The position numbers and the translations under genes were made by a program. A stretch of 32,000 bases of DNA from Candidatus Harpocratesius repetitus (lineage in GTDB: Archaea > Asgardarchaeota > Lokiarchaeia > Sigyniarchaeales > Promethearchaeaceae): assembly GCA_021498095.1 (NCBI GenBank), contig JAIZWK010000001.1:2250001-2282000 (forward strand), written 5' to 3'. Numbering within the stretch: position 1 is the stretch's first letter; the number at the start of each line of letters is the position of its first letter. This document shows, piece after piece, positions 26,622-32,000 of the stretch. The notes under the pieces are model-generated. The model was given only the letters and a program-made list of their open reading frames with translations. It had not been told where the DNA came from and ran no database searches.

Positions 26622-29153
26622 ATGAGTAATACCACTGATGAAAATATTAAAACAGATCTTTCTGTTTCACAGTTCAAAGTAGCAGAACCACATCATCTTT
26701 CTAAAAAAGCAGCTTGGTTGCGGAAATATTACTTCAAAGGGTATGATCGGGAGTGGAATAATGAATATGCACCATTCACAACCGGGATACCGAATGATCG
26801 AATATGGAGTGAAGGTGATTATTATATTGTTCCAGAAGTATATGGCTTTATTGGAATAAATGGAAAGGGATTATACTGCTTATCTTTGGATTTAATGGCT
26901 GAAAAAGTAGATTTACCTTCTGGTTTTTGGGAATTAAGTTTACCTGAACGGCGAATGACATTTTTCCGGGAAGTTATGTTAAATTATGTTCCACAAGAAA
27001 TTATTTCTTCTAATGATCTATTAGCAGGTGGCCGCTTTAACATACAACTCTCTAAATGCTTCACAGAAGCCCAATTAAAGGCTCATGAAAAACAAAATAT
27101 CAAAAATCGCCATAGAATTCTGCATTTCCATCAAGAAGGATTTGGAAATGTCGGTGCAACAGGAGGTCATTTGATTCCTGATTATAAAACAGTGATTGAA
27201 CGTGGATTTCGATATCTTTATGAAAAAGCAAAAAAATCATATGATAATCTTACAGAAAAAGAAAAAAAGGGACCAAAGGGTGCTGAGCTTAGAGCAATGA
27301 TTACAGCCTGCCAAATTCCCAGAGACTTAGCGGCTAAATATGCAGATGAATGTTTGCGTCTGAAAGATTTGACTGATTCTGCTGAACGAAGGGAAGAACT
27401 TCAAAAGATGGCTGATAATCTTCGAAAGGTTCCTTGGGAACCCGCCCAAACATTTTGGGAAGCGTTGCAATCATTATGGCTAACTCATATGCTTGTAATG
27501 GCTGAAGAATCTTATCCTGGACCTGGAACAAGTTTTGGGAGGTTAGATCAATATTTATGGCCTTTCTATAAACGTGATGTGATTGAAAAGCGCAATATCT
27601 CTCGTGATTTTGCCAAAGATTTATTCAGTTCCTTCATTTTTCATGCGAACACTGCTTATGATGCTCAAATTCGAATTGGTAAGCAAGGAATTTCGGCAGG
27701 ATTTGGACAACTTATGACTCTTTCTGGAATGGGACCTAATGGCGAAGATTTAACAAATGAACTTACATACATGATATTGGAAGTTTTTGATGAATGGGCA
27801 CCCATACTCGAACCTAAGCCCAACATTCGTCTGCACCGTAATTCTCCTGAAAAGTTATTAGATGTAATAGTCGATATGATTACCCGTGCTCAAGGCGCAC
27901 CGTTTATCTTGAATTTTGATGAACGTAGTATGGCAGGTATGATACTTGAAGGAGTCCCTCCTGAAGATGCATGGGATTATGCTTGTGTAGGTTGTTTAGA
28001 AAATACTATGTGTGGAAACGATCGTTCTGGAACTGTGAACTGCAATCCGAATCTTGCTAAAAGTATTGAATTAACGCTTTGGAATGGAAAGAATCAACCT
28101 GGTTTTAAACGTATTATAGGAAATGATATGTTTAAACAAGCCAAACCGGGTACCCAGTTCGGACCAAAAACCGGAAATCCTGAAACTTTTACTTCTTGGG
28201 AAGAATTTTTTAATGCATGGAAGAAACAAATGGCTTTTATCATAAAGCATACTGTGGAAACGTATAACGTGTTTGAAGCCACTCGGGCAAAATACTATCC
28301 TACACCCTATCTTTCTACTATTGTTGATGGTTGTATTGAAAACGCCACAGATATCCGTGTTGGACCTCCTAAATATGGTTTCGTTACAATAGAAGGAGTA
28401 GCATTTGCAACCACAGTTGATTCTTTATTAGCGATAAAATATTGGGTATATGATCAGAAAAAGTATAAAATTTCGGAGATTAAAGATGCTCTTCTGCATG
28501 ATTTTCAAGGTAAGAGAGAGTATCAGATAATGCAGGCATTAATGAAGAATAAAACACCCAAATATGGAAATAATGATCCTGAATCAGATGCTCTTGCAAA
28601 AGAAGTAATGCAATTTTGGGCAGAAGAATGCTGGAAATATCAAACACCTACAGGATATCAATTTAGACCTGGAATGTTATCATGGAATTATTGGGCTGGA
28701 GAAGATGCTGCTTTTACACCTGCTACTCCTGATGGGAGAAATGCCGGAACATTTCTATCAAATGCAATTTGTCCAAGTAATGGTGCTGATAAAAATGGGC
28801 CTACTTCAGTTACAAATTCTGTTGGAATTGCTCTTGGTGGCAAAACTTCTGAAGATACATACGTCAACGTCCTTCCAAATGGAGCTTCACATACTATTAC
28901 CTTCAATCCAAGCTTACTTCGTGATAAAGAACACAGAGACAAATTTAAAGCATATATTCGAGGTTATGTTGAAAATGGAGGAACTGCCCTTCAAATTAAT
29001 ATTCTTGATAGTCTGATGTTGAAGGATGCACAAAAACACCCTGAAAATTACGGGAATTTGCTCGTTAGGGTTACTGGATACAATGCATACTTTACCAGCA
29101 TTGGTAAAGAACTTCAAGATGAAATAATTGCACGAGAATCCCATAATTGGTGA
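26622..29153 (+). CDS. Glycyl radical enzyme, non-PFL (eliminase/decarboxylase-like), substrate unknown
   Basis: 'SFGRLDQYLWPFY', Cys loop 'YACVGCLENT', 'PKYGNND', 'ATPDGRNAG', glycyl motif 'LLVRVTGYNAYF'. Lacks the adjacent Cys-Cys pair of canonical PFL. Confidence 0.93.
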   Translation: MSNTTDENIKTDLSVSQFKVAEPHHLSKKAAWLRKYYFKGYDREWNNEYAPFTTGIPNDRIWSEGDYYIVPEVYGFIGINGKGLYCLSLDLMAEKVDLPSGFWELSLPERRMTFFREVMLNYVPQEIISSNDLLAGGRFNIQLSKCFTEAQLKAHEKQNIKNRHRILHFHQEGFGNVGATGGHLIPDYKTVIERGFRYLYEKAKKSYDNLTEKEKKGPKGAELRAMITACQIPRDLAAKYADECLRLKDLTDSAERREELQKMADNLRKVPWEPAQTFWEALQSLWLTHMLVMAEESYPGPGTSFGRLDQYLWPFYKRDVIEKRNISRDFAKDLFSSFIFHANTAYDAQIRIGKQGISAGFGQLMTLSGMGPNGEDLTNELTYMILEVFDEWAPILEPKPNIRLHRNSPEKLLDVIVDMITRAQGAPFILNFDERSMAGMILEGVPPEDAWDYACVGCLENTMCGNDRSGTVNCNPNLAKSIELTLWNGKNQPGFKRIIGNDMFKQAKPGTQFGPKTGNPETFTSWEEFFNAWKKQMAFIIKHTVETYNVFEATRAKYYPTPYLSTIVDGCIENATDIRVGPPKYGFVTIEGVAFATTVDSLLAIKYWVYDQKKYKISEIKDALLHDFQGKREYQIMQALMKNKTPKYGNNDPESDALAKEVMQFWAEECWKYQTPTGYQFRPGMLSWNYWAGEDAAFTPATPDGRNAGTFLSNAICPSNGADKNGPTSVTNSVGIALGGKTSEDTYVNVLPNGASHTITFNPSLLRDKEHRDKFKAYIRGYVENGGTALQINILDSLMLKDAQKHPENYGNLLVRVTGYNAYFTSIGKELQDEIIARESHNW

Positions 29154-29236
29154 AAATTAGAAGGTATAAAGTTGAGACGAAAGTCAGATTCTTGAAAAAT
29201 TAAATGTCAAAAATTTAATGTTAGAGTGAGCAAATA

Positions 29237-30274
29237 TTGAAAAATATAATATTTTCAGAGAAAGAGGCACAAAAAATGATAACATCTACTGATCCTCCAT
29301 CATCAGATTTATCTTCAATAAAACAATTTTCAGAGAAAAAAGCATATATTTTTGAAATTCAGCGATTAAGCACAGAAGACGGTCCTGGAATTCGTACAAC
29401 TGTGTTCTTTAAAAAATGTCCCTTAAAATGCAAGTGGTGCCATAATCCAGAATCTATAGAATTCCAAAAAGCCATTCAATGGTTTGAGAATAAATGCATT
29501 GGATGTGAACAGTGCATTGAGCAATGTTCTACCCATTCACTTTCTTTTAGCGAGACAGGTTTAGTAATTAACCGGAAAACATGCTCGGCTTGTGGAGATT
29601 GCGCTGAAATTTGTCCTACTACTGCACTAAAGGTAAGTGGCGAATGGATTACCTTGAATAATCTGATAAATGAAGTTTTGAAAGATAAAACATATTACAG
29701 CACATCCAATGGAGGAGTGACTTGTTCAGGAGGAGAGCCAACCCAGCAAATTGAATTTTTAAGTAAATTTCTGCAAGAATGTAAAAAAAATGGAATTCAT
29801 ACAGCTCTTGATACATGTGGTTATGCAACAGTTGATACATATTCTAAAATATTGCCTTATGTGGATCTTATTTTATATGATATAAAGGAAATTGATCCTC
29901 AAAGGCATAAAGAATATACAGGAGTATCGAATCAGAAGATTCTGCAGAATTTAGAGTGGTTAGCTGAGAAAATTCGTGCTGGTGCATCGTTTAAACTGTG
30001 GATTCGAACTCCGATAATTCCTCAATTCACTGCCAGAGATGAAAACATTAAGGGGATTGCGCGTTTTATTCATGATAAACTTGGAGATACTGTTGAACGC
30101 TGGGATTTATTGGCATTTAATAATATGGCTCAAGCAAAATATGAACGGTTAAATATAGATTGGCCGCTCAGAACGCAACCTTTGATGACAAAAGATGAAA
30201 TGAATCATTTCCTTCAGATTGCATATAATGTTGGAGTAAAACAAGTTCAATGGGATGGACCGACCAAAATATAA
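29237..30274 (+). CDS. Glycyl-radical activating enzyme (radical SAM) with a 2x[4Fe-4S] ferredoxin-like insert
   Basis: 'EDGPGIRTTVFFKKCPLKCKWCHNPE', insert CIGCEQCIEQC / CSACGDCAEICP, 'GGVTCSGGEP', 'HTALDTCG', 'IRTPIIP'. Start is TTG 29237 or ATG 29276. Confidence 0.95.
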   Translation: MKNIIFSEKEAQKMITSTDPPSSDLSSIKQFSEKKAYIFEIQRLSTEDGPGIRTTVFFKKCPLKCKWCHNPESIEFQKAIQWFENKCIGCEQCIEQCSTHSLSFSETGLVINRKTCSACGDCAEICPTTALKVSGEWITLNNLINEVLKDKTYYSTSNGGVTCSGGEPTQQIEFLSKFLQECKKNGIHTALDTCGYATVDTYSKILPYVDLILYDIKEIDPQRHKEYTGVSNQKILQNLEWLAEKIRAGASFKLWIRTPIIPQFTARDENIKGIARFIHDKLGDTVERWDLLAFNNMAQAKYERLNIDWPLRTQPLMTKDEMNHFLQIAYNVGVKQVQWDGPTKI

Positions 30275-30456
30275 CACTATTAGCGAGTGTTGATAAATGT
30301 TGATGAGCATTTATGAGTGTTGATGAGTGTTGATATGTTTAAGCAAGATTTTAATCATTTAAAAGCCATCAAGATGAAATGACCTTTTTTTAAAAATACA
30401 ATTTCGATTAATAGAAAAAAGAAAGATAATAATTATAAAAAAATGTGAAGTAAAAA

Positions 30457-31335
30457 ATGAATGAAACGAGTAAAGATCTTCAATGGTTTCCTCAATTGGA
30501 TGATGAAGAGATAAAATTCACCCATACGGAGATAATGGCTAAATTCGTTGCATCAATTGATGCAAATGGATATCCTCATTTGAGTTTTATTACCTCAAAT
30601 AAGGCAATTTCGCCGGATATAGTAAAATGGGGGGAATTTACAAAAGGAATGAGTAAATCTAATGTGTTAGCCAATCCAAAACAAGGATTTTTATACATGA
30701 CTGCTGAAATGCCCTTTAGATTTTTGCAAATTAAAGCAGATTTAGATTATATCTCCACTGAAGGGGAAGATGCTGTCGATTTTAATCAAATGAGCTTGTT
30801 CCGATATAATACATATATGCGTATATATAAAGTATATTTTAATAAGGTTAAATCTGCGCGAAAATGTCGAAAAATCTCATTATTGGGAATTATAAAAGGA
30901 ATTTTGTTGAACTTAAATCCATTTAGATTTCGAGGAAAAACCGGAAAACAAGAAAAGCGTGTTGGGGCAGTAGGTAAACGATTATTCAGTGGACCTATTT
31001 TTCCAAAATTTATTAGTTATATAGATAATGATGGTTATCCTGTTATTATTCCTTGCTTTCAAGCACGAATTGTAGAAAATAAACGTATTGTAATTCCATT
31101 TTCTCAGTTTTCTAAGGATTTGCGGCAAATTCCAGCTGGGGCGAAAGTTTCTATGTTTGCAATGGATTTTGAAACAGTAAATCAAATGATAAAAGGAACA
31201 TATTTGGGAGTTCAAAAAAAGGTGGGAATTGTTGATATTGAAGTCGTATATAATTCTATGCCGCCTAAAGTAGGGGAAATATATCCGAATAAAGTAAAAT
31301 TGAAAAAAATCACGGAGTTTCCTGAAATATTATAA
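30457..31335 (+). CDS. Protein with two pyridoxamine 5'-phosphate oxidase-like (FMN-binding split-barrel) domains
   Basis: Repeat 1 'KFVASIDANGYPHLSF...KGMSKSNVLANPK'. Repeat 2 'KFISYIDNDGYPVIIP...QIPAGAKVSMF'. Confidence 0.7.
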   Translation: MNETSKDLQWFPQLDDEEIKFTHTEIMAKFVASIDANGYPHLSFITSNKAISPDIVKWGEFTKGMSKSNVLANPKQGFLYMTAEMPFRFLQIKADLDYISTEGEDAVDFNQMSLFRYNTYMRIYKVYFNKVKSARKCRKISLLGIIKGILLNLNPFRFRGKTGKQEKRVGAVGKRLFSGPIFPKFISYIDNDGYPVIIPCFQARIVENKRIVIPFSQFSKDLRQIPAGAKVSMFAMDFETVNQMIKGTYLGVQKKVGIVDIEVVYNSMPPKVGEIYPNKVKLKKITEFPEIL

Positions 31336-31381
31336 AATTTTTTACTTTTAAATTTTTTTTCGTTTATTATTTGTTTTTTTT

Positions 31382-31433
31382 TACTTTTGACCTTATACTT
31401 TTGAGTTTATACTTTTGACCTTTTTACTTTTGA
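31382..31433 (+). repeat. Four copies of TACTTTTGA spaced 14, 14 and 15 bp in a convergent intergenic region
   Basis: Cores at 31382, 31396, 31410 and 31425. Confidence 0.8.
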
Positions 31434-31548
31434 CTTATCATTCTTTTAATTATAATGATGAAAAAAAGATAAGATTTTAAAAAATATGGTTAATTTTTCA
31501 AGATCTCTCATATCTATTTTATTTTTTCGATGATATTTGTAATTGGAT

Positions 31549-31806
31549 TTAATTTTTCGCTTTTTTTACTATCCAAATGATGAACAATATTAAGAAAATA
31601 ACTGTTAATCCTATTGCCATTGCTAATGTTAATACGTATATAATAGCCATTCCTAATGCTTGTCCAAAAGCTGCTCCAATAGAATCAGCTGTTGGAGAAT
31701 CTCCATATCGTATTGAAAGACTTACAAACCAGAACAACGCAGAAGCGAGAAAAAAAACAATTACAAAGAATAATAGACATAAATAAGATTTTTTACCAGA
31801 ACTCAT
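31549..31806 (-). CDS. Small two-TM membrane protein
   Basis: MSSGKKS followed by two long hydrophobic segments and a basic tail. ATG 31806 preferred (ORF track starts at 31824). Confidence 0.7.
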   Translation of the reverse strand: MSSGKKSYLCLLFFVIVFFLASALFWFVSLSIRYGDSPTADSIGAAFGQALGMAIIYVLTLAMAIGLTVIFLILFIIWIVKKAKN

Positions 31807-31926
31807 AATAATCAATAATAACAATAAAAAGCGAGCTTTAAAATTATATCGTATATCCTGTTATTGATGTATTTTAACAAAGGAGTTAATAGGATCTTCT
31901 TTCTCTTTTACTTGATTATTTCTCGT

Positions 31927-32000
31927 TTACCAAGGCACATCCTTTTTATATAATAAATAGCCAACCCAGTTAGCAATTGCTGTAATTAAAGGAGTAATAA
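31927..32000 (-). CDS. 3' end of a probable membrane protein (…ITPLITAIANWVGYLLYKKDVPW*), 5'-partial
   Basis: Only the last 23 codons are visible. Hydrophobic helix with a basic tail. Confidence 0.45.
   Translation of the reverse strand, partial: ITPLITAIANWVGYLLYKKDVPW

Noticed and set aside
26622-29153. Pyruvate formate-lyase (pflB) or a named GRE (cutC, hypD, hpdB)
   Set aside because: There is no Cys-Cys pair, and substrate-specific residues cannot be confirmed by eye.
518-31786. The many 60-125-aa ORFs nested in or antisense to longer genes (e.g. 2625-2855, 4163-4540, 11134-11400, 12312-12566, 14573-14824, 28688-28942, 31577-31786)
   Set aside because: They are shadow frames of well-supported genes and have no independent motifs.
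1-32000. rRNA or tRNA genes
   Set aside because: No GC-rich cloverleaf or rRNA-like segment was seen. A tRNAscan/Infernal run would be needed to exclude small RNAs.

Overview
AT-rich archaeal DNA, most likely an Asgard archaeon of the Lokiarchaeia/Promethearchaeia type. This is inferred from a divergent actin homolog, a Rab-like small GTPase, a vWA/zinc-finger protein, TPR and low-complexity proteins, and GGTGA-type ribosome-binding sites. The main structural signal is a 249-bp direct repeat (10749-10997 and 15222-15470, one mismatch, offset 4473 bp). It duplicates the 3' end of the actin gene, the intergenic spacer and the 3' end of the convergent neighbour. Between the copies sits a 4224-bp, locally GC-richer cassette encoding an unrecognised 951-aa protein and an LRR-like 337-aa protein, with no integrase or transposase I can recognise. 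It looks like an integrated element targeted to the end of an actin-family gene. Other notable items: two tandem paralogous 26/29-aa peptides missed by the ORF track, a long N/S/Q-rich protein with a folded C-terminal domain, an (STP)10 repeat protein beside a TPR protein, an ABC exporter subunit broken by a deletion plus a 41-bp triplication, a DUF4405-like membrane gene split by one in-frame TGA, and a non-PFL glycyl radical enzyme locus (GRE, activase, tandem PNPOx-like protein). No rRNA, tRNA or CRISPR array was recognised. All family calls come from motif reading only; no database searches were run.
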